Shown piece by piece: positions 9,482-18,462 of a stretch of 26,943 nucleotides of DNA. Every line of letters begins with the position of its first letter. Position 1 is the stretch's first letter. This DNA is from a virus (lineage: Duplodnaviria; Caudoviricetes): positions 1 through 26,943 of IMG/VR virus record IMGVR_UViG_3300021978_000005; one strand, written 5' to 3'. Under the pieces are notes generated by a model. The model worked only from the letters and a program-made list of their open reading frames with translations. It did not search any database and had not been told where the DNA came from. Made by a program: the position numbers and the translations under genes.

Positions 9482-10962
9482 CTCTTACCGCCAGTTCTTG
9501 CTTCAATTCTCATAACTCCTGAGCGCCAGTTCTCGTTAGCTACCCCTTCTACCTTGAGTCTCATTTGTCTCCCAGTAAATCTAACGCCTGTAGGGTTTGT
9601 AAGAGCAAATGGGCCATGTGTTGACTCTGTATCGTTAGGGTACATTCTTGTTTTAAACGTAACCTTTACTTCTCCCTGTGTTTCTTCGTCTGGAATAAGA
9701 TTTGTTACCTTCATTATCTTGTCGCCATTGCCTAGACTAATAGGTCCAGATTCTGCATAAGGCTTATCTGCTCCATGTGTGTGTCCTGTCTCATGGTTGT
9801 ATAAATCACCACTAGCATCACACCAAATAGGGCTTGAATATACACCCCTGTCCACACCTGCCGTTCTGTCTAATGTTCCTATAGACCAGTGCCCTTCTTT
9901 GTAGTCTAAAGCAACGTATCTATCGTTCTCATTTGAACTAGCTGAAGGATAGAACCACCATACCTCTCCATGTTGTGAATTGTGTACTGCATGTACCTTG
10001 GTAATCTGGTCTCTATTAATATCATCAAATACATAGTCTAATACGTCACATTTAATCTCTTGAGCCACTGAGCCGTTAAAAGTATAGAAACTTTTATGCC
10101 CCATCCAGAAGGCTCCTTCATCTATAGCAGCAATTGCCTTTCTTGAAGAAATACCACAGGCTGTTCCCACCCTTTCAAAACCATACACATAAGGAGGACC
10201 AGAGTAGGTTGCTGTGTGAGCGTCTTGGTCTGTCAGTATAAGGGTTCTTCCTCTTATGTTGACTCCACACATAATAGCGCCCTGTGTCTGTAGTTCCATA
10301 TCACCGGCTTCGTTCTCGAAATCAGGAATCCAAAGCGTATTATCTTCTCTGTCACACCATGCAACCTTTCTAGGGTTTCCGCCTGCTCCTAGAGCAAGTA
10401 AAAACCTTTCTTCCGTAACTATTATTGCTCTATTGTACAAGGGGGCGTTAGCTACTACTGCAGCAGGTATTGCTGAGTCCAGAGACCACTCGTATATCTT
10501 TCCGTCTTTAGATGTGCACCCTACTAAGTATTCACCCCATGTATCTAAAGACCAGGAAGTAGCCTCACCAAACACGCCTGAGTTTGGTCTAGCGTCTCCA
10601 TAATTCTTAATTCCGTAGTAGTTACCACCATATCCTGTGTTCTCTACTGAATCTCCTTCACCTGTAATAAACCCGGTAGGCGTTATGTCTGAAACTATAC
10701 CTGATGGAGTTATAACATATAAATTCGTACTTGTTCCCATTGAAAGATTTACACCTGACCCGTTATCAATCCACGCCATCATGCCTCTACAAACGCCTGA
10801 AATAGAGTCACCGGTTGTTTCTCTAACTGTCCATCCGCCCACAGGACGCATAGAGCCATCATGCCACCTGACTAAGCTACCATCGCGCCATCTGTTAGAA
10901 GATTCAAACTCTGTGCCGTTTCTATGTACACCCGGTGGTAATTGTAGTGGTATTAAACTCAT
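9478..10962 (-). CDS. Tail nozzle / packaged-DNA stabilisation protein (P22 gp10-like)
   Basis: Likely start MSLIPLQLPPG at 10962 (ATGA overlap); Trp-rich propeller-like repeats (WSLDTWGEYLV, EVWWFYPS, WSIGTLDRTA); C-terminal G.R. Confidence 0.8.
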   Translation of the reverse strand: MSLIPLQLPPGVHRNGTEFESSNRWRDGSLVRWHDGSMRPVGGWTVRETTGDSISGVCRGMMAWIDNGSGVNLSMGTSTNLYVITPSGIVSDITPTGFITGEGDSVENTGYGGNYYGIKNYGDARPNSGVFGEATSWSLDTWGEYLVGCTSKDGKIYEWSLDSAIPAAVVANAPLYNRAIIVTEERFLLALGAGGNPRKVAWCDREDNTLWIPDFENEAGDMELQTQGAIMCGVNIRGRTLILTDQDAHTATYSGPPYVYGFERVGTACGISSRKAIAAIDEGAFWMGHKSFYTFNGSVAQEIKCDVLDYVFDDINRDQITKVHAVHNSQHGEVWWFYPSASSNENDRYVALDYKEGHWSIGTLDRTAGVDRGVYSSPIWCDASGDLYNHETGHTHGADKPYAESGPISLGNGDKIMKVTNLIPDEETQGEVKVTFKTRMYPNDTESTHGPFALTNPTGVRFTGRQMRLKVEGVANENWRSGVMRIEARTGGKR

Positions 10963-11861
10963 GCTGCGTCTTCCCAATTAGTTGATGTTTCTGAAATAGT
11001 ATCCCAAGTGTTCGCATCATTAGATACAACTGTCCAATTCTTAGGAGTTGCTGAGGCAGTTGTCCATATTTTATCTGTTTCAGGTATTGTATCCCATGTT
11101 TTAGCTGAAACACCTACTGTTTCCCACTTTTCTCTAGCTATACTGAATATAGGAGAGTTTGATGAAACTAGGGCTTCTACATTTCGTTCCCTTATATAGT
11201 TTAAGGCAGTAGATGTATTAACACTAACTGTGCCTTCGCCACTATATATAAATAAACCTTTCGCAGAGAAAGAAAGATAAGAACTAGATAATGCTGTGCC
11301 TAAGTTAATTTTCTCTGCAGAAGATGTTATTGTTGCCGATACGCTTGTTGAAGCCCCTACTAATCTAATTCTCTCACACGCTGCAGAGGAAGATACAGAG
11401 GTGGCTGATACGATTGTCTGTAAGTCTGCTTCGTCATATACCTGCAATCCATACAAGCCTGTACCGTAGGCAAACTTATCAGAACTCTCTAAGAAGAACT
11501 TCTCAGCATTTGCAATAAATGAGGAGTTTGCACTAATGCTTGCAGAAGCAAACCTAATAGAAACACACTGAGCACTTGTAGAAGAGCTAGAGCTTACTGA
11601 GACACTTCCGTCTTTAACTCTAATAGCACTAGAGCTAACTGTAGAGGAAGGACCAATTGACACAGTAACATCTTTAATTCCTATCGCATTAGCAGCAATA
11701 GAAGAAGTCGCTACTATGGAAGCAGAGGCGCTTAGGAGTTTACTTGAAGATACCGATATTGAAGAAGAGGCTGTAACAGTAACAGCATCAGAAAGCACAA
11801 GATGATTTACACCGTACTTTCTTGAGTTATAACTTCCTTGGTCGTAAGCACCTAATGACAT
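10959..11861 (-). CDS. Ser-rich repetitive tail fibre/needle-like protein
   Basis: 300 aa with 20-aa periodic Ser/Ala repeats and 10-aa Trp repeats; in the tail cluster. Confidence 0.6.
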   Translation of the reverse strand: MSLGAYDQGSYNSRKYGVNHLVLSDAVTVTASSSISVSSSKLLSASASIVATSSIAANAIGIKDVTVSIGPSSTVSSSAIRVKDGSVSVSSSSSTSAQCVSIRFASASISANSSFIANAEKFFLESSDKFAYGTGLYGLQVYDEADLQTIVSATSVSSSAACERIRLVGASTSVSATITSSAEKINLGTALSSSYLSFSAKGLFIYSGEGTVSVNTSTALNYIRERNVEALVSSNSPIFSIAREKWETVGVSAKTWDTIPETDKIWTTASATPKNWTVVSNDANTWDTISETSTNWEDAA

Positions 11862-11873
11862 AGGTTACTCCGT

Positions 11874-12260
11874 TTAGTCTAGTGTAATATCTAAGTCGCC
11901 TGTTGGTACTCTGAACACATCGCCTGTATCAATCGACTTAGCTGAAGCTAGTGTTGCATAAGCCATCAGGTTTCCGCCTGTTACTGCATCGAACACACCA
12001 ACATGAGACACCGTGCCAAAAGAGGCTGTTGCTGTTGCATATTCAACTGAAGCAGTGTTTGATGTTGTATTGCCTGTTGTAGTAAATGCTACCGATTGAC
12101 GAACGTAAGCTGTGCCTGAAGTAGTAACTTCTGTACCGCCACCTGTTTCACCCGGTGCTGCTGTAAATAGAGCCAAGTAGTGTGTAGATGGAGCAGTGTA
12201 AGCTGAACCTGCAAATACATGGTCTAATATTTCTGTTTCTAAAAAGTTTGTAAATGACAT
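11874..12260 (-). CDS. Tail fibre-associated structural protein (128 aa)
   Basis: MSFTNFLETEILDHVF..YLALFTAAP..GGGTEV..YVRQSV..FGTVSHVGVFDAVTGGNL, a common phage structural family. Confidence 0.75.
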   Translation of the reverse strand: MSFTNFLETEILDHVFAGSAYTAPSTHYLALFTAAPGETGGGTEVTTSGTAYVRQSVAFTTTGNTTSNTASVEYATATASFGTVSHVGVFDAVTGGNLMAYATLASAKSIDTGDVFRVPTGDLDITLD

Positions 12261-12889
12261 TATCCTTGCCCTCTTATTTTAAGTTTTAAGCCTGAACCGC
12301 TATATTTAGCTTTATCAGACGCGCTGTTTAATTGCAATACTGCTGCAGAATACATCTGTGCCCATATTGCAATTCTCTCGTCTTCCCCTAGATACGGTGC
12401 TGAGTGTAATAACGCTCCATAGAGGTAAACATCAGGCGCTTCTAGTAAAAGCCAATTATCTTCATTACTTGAACTTAGTGCTGTTGTTTTAGCATAGTAC
12501 AGTAATTCTGTATTAGTTGTAGCAGAAGGTGTTGGGTATAACTGAAACTGACTATCTGCGTGTGTGTAGTGTGTGGGCGTTCCTGTAGCATCTTCATTAG
12601 ACGCTCTCTTATCTGACATTGCTGCTCTTGAGATAAGATTTAAAGGTGAAGTGCCGTTGTCTGTTATGTGAAACCTAATAGTTTCCATCCAATCAGCAGG
12701 AACTTGAGAATATTCATCTCCCGGGCTTTGTTGACCGCTAGAGCGTGTCTCCATCTTCCAATGCCTAATATCTCTATTAATCTGTGACTCAGCAAGAGAA
12801 ATAAAGTTTTCTATAGCGCTAGTTAAATCATCCCTATTTAGGAAGTCTGCTATTGCAGAATTTAATGTTGTATAAGTGTTTATAGCCAT
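12260..12889 (-). CDS. Head-tail adaptor / tail tubular protein A-like
   Basis: TYTTL..AIADFLNRDDLT..FISLAE..LYPTP..NWLL..PDVYLYGAL..APYL. Confidence 0.82.
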   Translation of the reverse strand: MAINTYTTLNSAIADFLNRDDLTSAIENFISLAESQINRDIRHWKMETRSSGQQSPGDEYSQVPADWMETIRFHITDNGTSPLNLISRAAMSDKRASNEDATGTPTHYTHADSQFQLYPTPSATTNTELLYYAKTTALSSSNEDNWLLLEAPDVYLYGALLHSAPYLGEDERIAIWAQMYSAAVLQLNSASDKAKYSGSGLKLKIRGQG

Positions 12890-12898
12890 TTTCTACCT

Positions 12899-14737
12899 TT
12901 ATTTGCCTGGTTTAGTTATGCCTTTAGTTGCCAGATATTGCTCAACTGCTTCTTTAATTGATTCTCTTGGTACTCCGTATGCTGACATTGCCTTCTCTGC
13001 TTCATTATAGGTTTTATTGTAAGACATTTCAGCTTTTTGGGCAGTCGCCTTAGCGTTCATCTCTATCATGGCGGAATTTCTTTGGGAAAAGTTAGGGTTT
13101 GGAATACTTGTTTTTACTTCGCCCTTATCAATCCTAGCTTTTCTAAACGCCTTGTCTGATAAATAGTTTGGAGTCTGGTCAGCTTTAGTTATGTTTCTAT
13201 TAAACGGAGCGCCTTTAGATTTTAGTGCTTCTTGGTATGTTTGGTCTTTTCCTAAAGGGTTCCGAGTTCTTCTTGTCACTAGAGGGTCTAGCTGTACTGT
13301 CGGATAATTGTCTCTTTTAAACGGCTGGTTTGCTAGTTTATCAAGACCAGTCTTGCCAGTTCCTTTGAAATAATTAGATAAGAACTGAGAGACGTATGGT
13401 TTTCCATAAGCGTCCCAGGCTTTACCAAATATTGTTTTAGCTGCATTTACAACACCTGCTGGACCTACTGACATAGCAAGCATTTCAAACTGCTTTTCTT
13501 GTTCAGGAGAAATCATACTTAGACCAACCTTTGCCTCTTCTCCCTTGGTCCAACTACTTACTTCATGGTCAATAGTAGGCTTAGAGGCTATTCCTGTGTA
13601 TGGGTCAGGATTTCCCATCTTGTTAGAACCGCCTGTGTACATAGGCGCTGGTGTGTCTGAAGTCTTACCTTCTCTTCTAAATCTATTTATAAGGGCTGCA
13701 TCTTTATCTGAATATTTAGGTTTATAAGAAGACGGCACTAGAGGGTCTCTGTCATATTCCTCAAATCCCACTGGATGTATTGTGCTCTCATAACCTATAC
13801 TATTTATCATTTCGACAATCTCTTTATCCGACTTACCCCAGAAATCTATAGCGTCTGTCATTGTCCCGTTGTTACGTTTGGCAGTCATTTGACTAGTGTC
13901 AATACCTTTTGTGAAGTCTGTATTAAGAAGTCCAACTAGGTTGCTAGGATAAGCACCAGAAGAAGCTTGTATTTCACTCGGTCCTTTTGCTGCTAACTCT
14001 TCATACGGAGACCATCGTCCAGGACTAAAGCTAGTTCCATCAGGTCCAACAGGGCCTGTGTTCCCATCACTACCAGGGACTAAACCACCCTTTACCAAAG
14101 AATTGTACTTGTCAAGGTTAGCATGGACAAGGTTAGGGTTGTTAGGCAAAGTTCCAGTAGGTGTAGGTTGATTAACAACCTTATTGTCGGCTTCCCAATT
14201 CTTTGCTCCTTCTGTAAAGAAGCTTTTACCACTTTCTAATTTATCATGTTTCCATTGGTCTATTGCTGGCTTGGGGTCTTTTGCACCTATCGCATCAAAA
14301 AACCACTCTCTAGCAGGATTTTTCTTTCTTAGTTCATGATGAAACGCCACATCTAAATTGCCCTGGGATTTAGGAATAGGGTTTGCAATAGGGGTAACTT
14401 GAAGTGGGTTTTGCATACTTTGCTCGTGCGGAGCTAGGTTTTGGGTCTTTGCTCTATTCTGAAATATTGCCTCACCCATAGCGTTTAGATTTTGTCTCGA
14501 CCAACCCTTGGATGCCTGCTGTTGGATAAAAGGTTCGTTATGAAACGCAGGATTAACACCTGTAGGCCATGCAGGACTCCATGCAGGACTTGGAGTATGA
14601 TTCTGATATAGGCCACCTGAATCCGGTGAACTATAACCACTACCTGTATCATTGCCAAACTCATCTGTCTCGGTATAATAGCCGGTAGGATTATGAACGC
14701 TATCTACAACTGAATCTTCATAACTATCGAAAGACAT
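12899..14737 (-). CDS. Hypothetical protein, 612 aa, low-complexity; possibly injected
   Basis: Long ORF with GGAG RBS; acidic N-terminus, basic C-terminus; no family recognised. Confidence 0.6.
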   Translation of the reverse strand: MSFDSYEDSVVDSVHNPTGYYTETDEFGNDTGSGYSSPDSGGLYQNHTPSPAWSPAWPTGVNPAFHNEPFIQQQASKGWSRQNLNAMGEAIFQNRAKTQNLAPHEQSMQNPLQVTPIANPIPKSQGNLDVAFHHELRKKNPAREWFFDAIGAKDPKPAIDQWKHDKLESGKSFFTEGAKNWEADNKVVNQPTPTGTLPNNPNLVHANLDKYNSLVKGGLVPGSDGNTGPVGPDGTSFSPGRWSPYEELAAKGPSEIQASSGAYPSNLVGLLNTDFTKGIDTSQMTAKRNNGTMTDAIDFWGKSDKEIVEMINSIGYESTIHPVGFEEYDRDPLVPSSYKPKYSDKDAALINRFRREGKTSDTPAPMYTGGSNKMGNPDPYTGIASKPTIDHEVSSWTKGEEAKVGLSMISPEQEKQFEMLAMSVGPAGVVNAAKTIFGKAWDAYGKPYVSQFLSNYFKGTGKTGLDKLANQPFKRDNYPTVQLDPLVTRRTRNPLGKDQTYQEALKSKGAPFNRNITKADQTPNYLSDKAFRKARIDKGEVKTSIPNPNFSQRNSAMIEMNAKATAQKAEMSYNKTYNEAEKAMSAYGVPRESIKEAVEQYLATKGITKPGK

Positions 14738-14767
14738 TATTTACTCCATTTAAATTTGGTTTTTATC

Positions 14768-14796
14768 ATTATAACACCTTTAGTCTATTTGACTAA
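14768..14796 (-). promoter_or_regulatory. Putative internal sigma70-type promoter with overlapping inverted repeat
   Basis: Minus strand TG-T-TATAAT (TATAAT at 14768-14773); inverted repeat TTAGTC-N5-GACTAA at 14780-14796 covers the -35 position. Confidence 0.55.
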
Positions 14797-17700
14797 TTCC
14801 TTTAATTCTTCTTCAGTCATCCCAAGAATACCAACTAGAATATCAATATAATCATCATTAACCTTCTCACCCCTGATAGTAATATTATCATCTTCTATAT
14901 CCAACAAACTTGTAAGTGCTTCTGTTATATTGTCAGAAGACTCTAAAACTGAGAGGATGCCTTCTACGTGTTCTGCATCTGCTTCTTCAGTAATAGACAA
15001 AGCGCCTAGTCCTGCTCCTGTTGGCATTGCAACTTTAGAGAAATATAGCTCCGGAAACTTATCAAATAGAGACTTCCTTTCTGCATCTGTGCCATACTTA
15101 TAAATCTTCTCTATTCCTTTGCTCTTTAGTAATTCTTCTGCTTTTTTAGCATACTCAGGAATAATTGCACCTTTAAACTTACTTACATCTACAATATCTG
15201 TTCTTTTTACCTCGAAGTATTCTGTCGGCAAACCATCTGCTATATCTTTTAGTTGATTTGTTATAGTTGTTACTTTTGCAATCGCTTCATCGGGCCAGCC
15301 AGTCCAAGACAAATCAGCGCCTTTTATTGAGTCTTCAATAATATCTTCATATCTAAATGAAGGCATATATCCGTCATCTAGTTTAGCACCTAATCTTTCT
15401 ACATCTTCCATAGCGTCACTATAGTGGGCAGTGAAGTAAGACTTAAAATCCGCCTCACCTGCTAGAGGGTCGAACTGGTACTCGTCTACAATATCGTCTC
15501 TACTTTTCTTAATAGCATCTAAAGTTTTAAACTGAGTAGCAGTTAGGGCTCTTGCTTGTCCTGCGCCTTTCAATCCCTCAGTTCCAGGAAGATGAGCTTT
15601 CTTGTCTTTCATAACCTTGTGGGCAGCTTCTGGAGTCCACTCTACTGTGTCTCTCTTTTTTCCTGTTGGTGTGTATTGCCCTTTAGGGTTAACAATAGCG
15701 TGCCTAACTTCTCCAAGATACTGCTCAGGAGTTATATGTGGCTCAGGAACATAGTGCCCGTCACTCTCAGCTTGTCTTCTCATTAAAGCAAAAGAAGCAA
15801 AGTCTGAAGTTTTGTACCCTAACTCTTCATAAACTGGAGTTACTGCTACCTTAGCCTCTAACCCTCCAGGAGTTAAGTTATCAACTGTGTAATAACCGTA
15901 GAAATCAAGCGTTGATTCAGGGATGCTTTCTTTGAGGGTTTTTTTGTCTGTGTATTCCAGCCTAGAGTCTGGCTGTCTTCCTGAATAAATATCAGTGCTA
16001 TATGCCTTTGCTTTAGCCCCAGGAGTAATCAAGTCTGGATGTGCTAGTAGAGAAACTTCACCGAAGCTGGTCATAGGACTTTTAGCTTTGGAAATAGCCA
16101 TTGAAGGCATTGGCAAGCCTTTTTCTTGTTTAAGTAAAGAACTTTCCGTTAGATTGTGTTGAGCAATTAGAGGGTTTTTAATCCCACCGACATATTCACC
16201 GCCTCTAGTAAGAATGCTTACATCGTCAGGGTGGTATATCATTACAGTGCCATCTGTACCTCTGTTTCCAATTATCCCATACTCACGTAAAGTAGCTTGC
16301 GCCTCTCTCTCACCTATCTCTTTTGCTAAAGTAAAGTAATTCTCTGCGTGAAAATCATCTGGGAAATCAATATTGTATTCTCTACTAATCCCCTTAAAAG
16401 CATTATTAACAAAGTTTGAGTTCTTACCGCCCCAATCAATAGTTATATCTTTGTAATTATCAGCAAACTTCCATCCAGTAACAGTGCTTCCAGGCCAAGC
16501 AGCAGCGTCCTTCTCGTCCAAGAACATATAATGTCCTGTTCCATATTGTCCAGGAACTTGCTGATTCGGGTTAGGTTTGTCGTACACTGAGCTCCCTGAA
16601 CGAAAACCTACAACGTCTTTCTCAATAATAGGAGTAATTCCAAACTTACTAGAGACCTTATTCATTGTAATAGGGTCTGCAGCTTTTAATGCTTGGTGTG
16701 CTACTGCTTTACTAATAAATCCTACACCTGTTAGCATTGCTAGTGCCTCTACAGGTCTCTCAGATAGTGTTTTTGTAAACCCGTCTATTGAGCCGTAATC
16801 TTGAAGTACAGCATTACCTAATGCTGAAGCCATCTCCTTGTCGTTTTGATTGTAATCAAACCCTGTTACGTGTTGAAAAGTTCCTGACAATAAATCAACA
16901 AGAGCCTGTCCTGTTTCTACAGGGCTTGAAATCATGTCTATGACACCACCTACTTCAGTTGCAAGCGAAGGTATAAAGTTCCCTGCTGCTTGACCTGCTG
17001 CAGCTTGGTCAGGGTTAAAGTCCGTAACTCCTTGTATAGATTTCTCTAGGTTGTTGTACCAGTTAGTAGCTGGGTTTTTAAGAGTTCCTTCCACAGCTTT
17101 TCCGGCAGTATCAAGCACTCTAGTATTTAGAAATTCATTCCAACCATCCTTAGTAGGGGCTGCTTTAGTATTAGGGACTTCACCTAATATTCCAGGTAAA
17201 TTTAAGTCTGGTGCTATATCTCTAGCAAAAGAGTTTTTATCATTAACAAATGAGTTTTCATTCTTAGTATCTACATAATGCTGCTGTTTAGCATCAAAGT
17301 TATAATTGCCGAAGGCATCTGTTGATATAGGGTTTCCGAAATCATCTGTGTCTGCCCAGTTTTCAGATTGCCATTTAGACGCTTCTTGTAATCCATCGAG
17401 AGTATATTCTCCATCGAACCAACCCCAAGGGGAGGATGACTTAGCGTTATTATCCCTGCCCTTCGTCATGTCATTCCAACCACTGTATTGTAGCCTTGCA
17501 TCAGCTATATCAATAGTTTTTAATTCGTCTACTGTGTCTAAATATGTCTGGCGGTCTGCCCTCATTTCGTCTACATTAGAAAGCATTTGCATCTTAGAAG
17601 CGAAAGAAGGGTTACTACGAATATCGTCAATTACACCTTGCTCTTCTTGGGTTGCATTGTCTAACAAGCCTGGATAACTGGATTGCATCCAAGAGTCTTG

Positions 17701-17847
17701 GAATGATGGAGCGTTCATACTGTCGCCAGCACCCCATGTAAAGTCTCCTACAGAACTTGCACCGTGTACATTTCTATAATCCGCTGCATCCATGTAATCG
17801 GAATCAAACCAATCATCTTCAGACCAGCTACTAATATCGTCAGTCAC
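14785..17847 (-). CDS. Large polyvalent-type protein with ADP-ribosyltransferase-like modules
   Basis: 1020 aa. aa 411-551 resemble the ART domain of polyvalent proteins (YGTGHY, IDW, LREYGIIG, VMIYHPDDVSIL). aa 558-936 carry HNL..GLPMPSMAI..FGEVSL..YFEVK, recalled from large phage polyvalent proteins. Confidence 0.6.
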   Translation of the reverse strand: MTDDISSWSEDDWFDSDYMDAADYRNVHGASSVGDFTWGAGDSMNAPSFQDSWMQSSYPGLLDNATQEEQGVIDDIRSNPSFASKMQMLSNVDEMRADRQTYLDTVDELKTIDIADARLQYSGWNDMTKGRDNNAKSSSPWGWFDGEYTLDGLQEASKWQSENWADTDDFGNPISTDAFGNYNFDAKQQHYVDTKNENSFVNDKNSFARDIAPDLNLPGILGEVPNTKAAPTKDGWNEFLNTRVLDTAGKAVEGTLKNPATNWYNNLEKSIQGVTDFNPDQAAAGQAAGNFIPSLATEVGGVIDMISSPVETGQALVDLLSGTFQHVTGFDYNQNDKEMASALGNAVLQDYGSIDGFTKTLSERPVEALAMLTGVGFISKAVAHQALKAADPITMNKVSSKFGITPIIEKDVVGFRSGSSVYDKPNPNQQVPGQYGTGHYMFLDEKDAAAWPGSTVTGWKFADNYKDITIDWGGKNSNFVNNAFKGISREYNIDFPDDFHAENYFTLAKEIGEREAQATLREYGIIGNRGTDGTVMIYHPDDVSILTRGGEYVGGIKNPLIAQHNLTESSLLKQEKGLPMPSMAISKAKSPMTSFGEVSLLAHPDLITPGAKAKAYSTDIYSGRQPDSRLEYTDKKTLKESIPESTLDFYGYYTVDNLTPGGLEAKVAVTPVYEELGYKTSDFASFALMRRQAESDGHYVPEPHITPEQYLGEVRHAIVNPKGQYTPTGKKRDTVEWTPEAAHKVMKDKKAHLPGTEGLKGAGQARALTATQFKTLDAIKKSRDDIVDEYQFDPLAGEADFKSYFTAHYSDAMEDVERLGAKLDDGYMPSFRYEDIIEDSIKGADLSWTGWPDEAIAKVTTITNQLKDIADGLPTEYFEVKRTDIVDVSKFKGAIIPEYAKKAEELLKSKGIEKIYKYGTDAERKSLFDKFPELYFSKVAMPTGAGLGALSITEEADAEHVEGILSVLESSDNITEALTSLLDIEDDNITIRGEKVNDDYIDILVGILGMTEEELKELVK

Positions 17848-18461
17848 TAAACACCACCTTTAAATTTTTGGTACTCTAGTATTTTAAGAACGTATTGATT
17901 AAACCTCTCGAGAATGTATGCTGTCTTCTGAGGGCCTAGCTTAGAGCCTGCTTTCTCAATAATCATCGCTCTAGTGTTATCAATCATGTCTGGTGTGATT
18001 TTGTCTGGGTCGCTATACATTTTCATGTGTTCGCCAATCGCCTTGTGCGCCATACTATTTACAGGATTGAACCCCATAAATCCACCGCTGAACTCTTTAT
18101 CAATAACATTATGGAAGAACTGATTTATACCGTCAAGTCCTGTATTTACATCAGACCGTCTGACAGTGTAATCCTCTATCACAGGGGTTTCTTGGGCTAT
18201 AACAGGTTCTGGAGAAGGGTTGTCCTCTACCAGCTCTAAAAGAGCATCTTCTAATAAGCCTCCTGACGAATCTTCTTCAATTTCGATGGGGGCTAGTTCT
18301 GAGAATAAGCTTCGGTCAGGCTCTACTACAAATCCCTCAGTAGTAGGCTTTTCAATAGAAGGGCCTGTATTGTTCCAGTTGTATTGTGAATTGTGAAATA
18401 GTAACCCTGTTTCCGGGTCAACCCACGACTCTTTATCTGTCTGTCCGTCCAACAATCCCAT
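17847..18461 (-). CDS. Hypothetical protein (204 aa) downstream of TerL
   Basis: Coupled to TerL and to the 1020-aa gene; acidic; three GLL motifs. Confidence 0.65.
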   Translation of the reverse strand: MGLLDGQTDKESWVDPETGLLFHNSQYNWNNTGPSIEKPTTEGFVVEPDRSLFSELAPIEIEEDSSGGLLEDALLELVEDNPSPEPVIAQETPVIEDYTVRRSDVNTGLDGINQFFHNVIDKEFSGGFMGFNPVNSMAHKAIGEHMKMYSDPDKITPDMIDNTRAMIIEKAGSKLGPQKTAYILERFNQYVLKILEYQKFKGGV

Positions 18462-18462
18462 A

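Noticed and set aside
10922-11113. 63-aa alternative-frame minus ORF (possible frameshift product)
   Set aside because: Overlaps the Trp-repeat coding region; no slippery site or RBS seen.
14567-14590. Perfect 12-bp tandem duplication CCATGCAGGACT
   Set aside because: In-frame SPAW-SPAW duplication in a low-complexity region; probably slippage.
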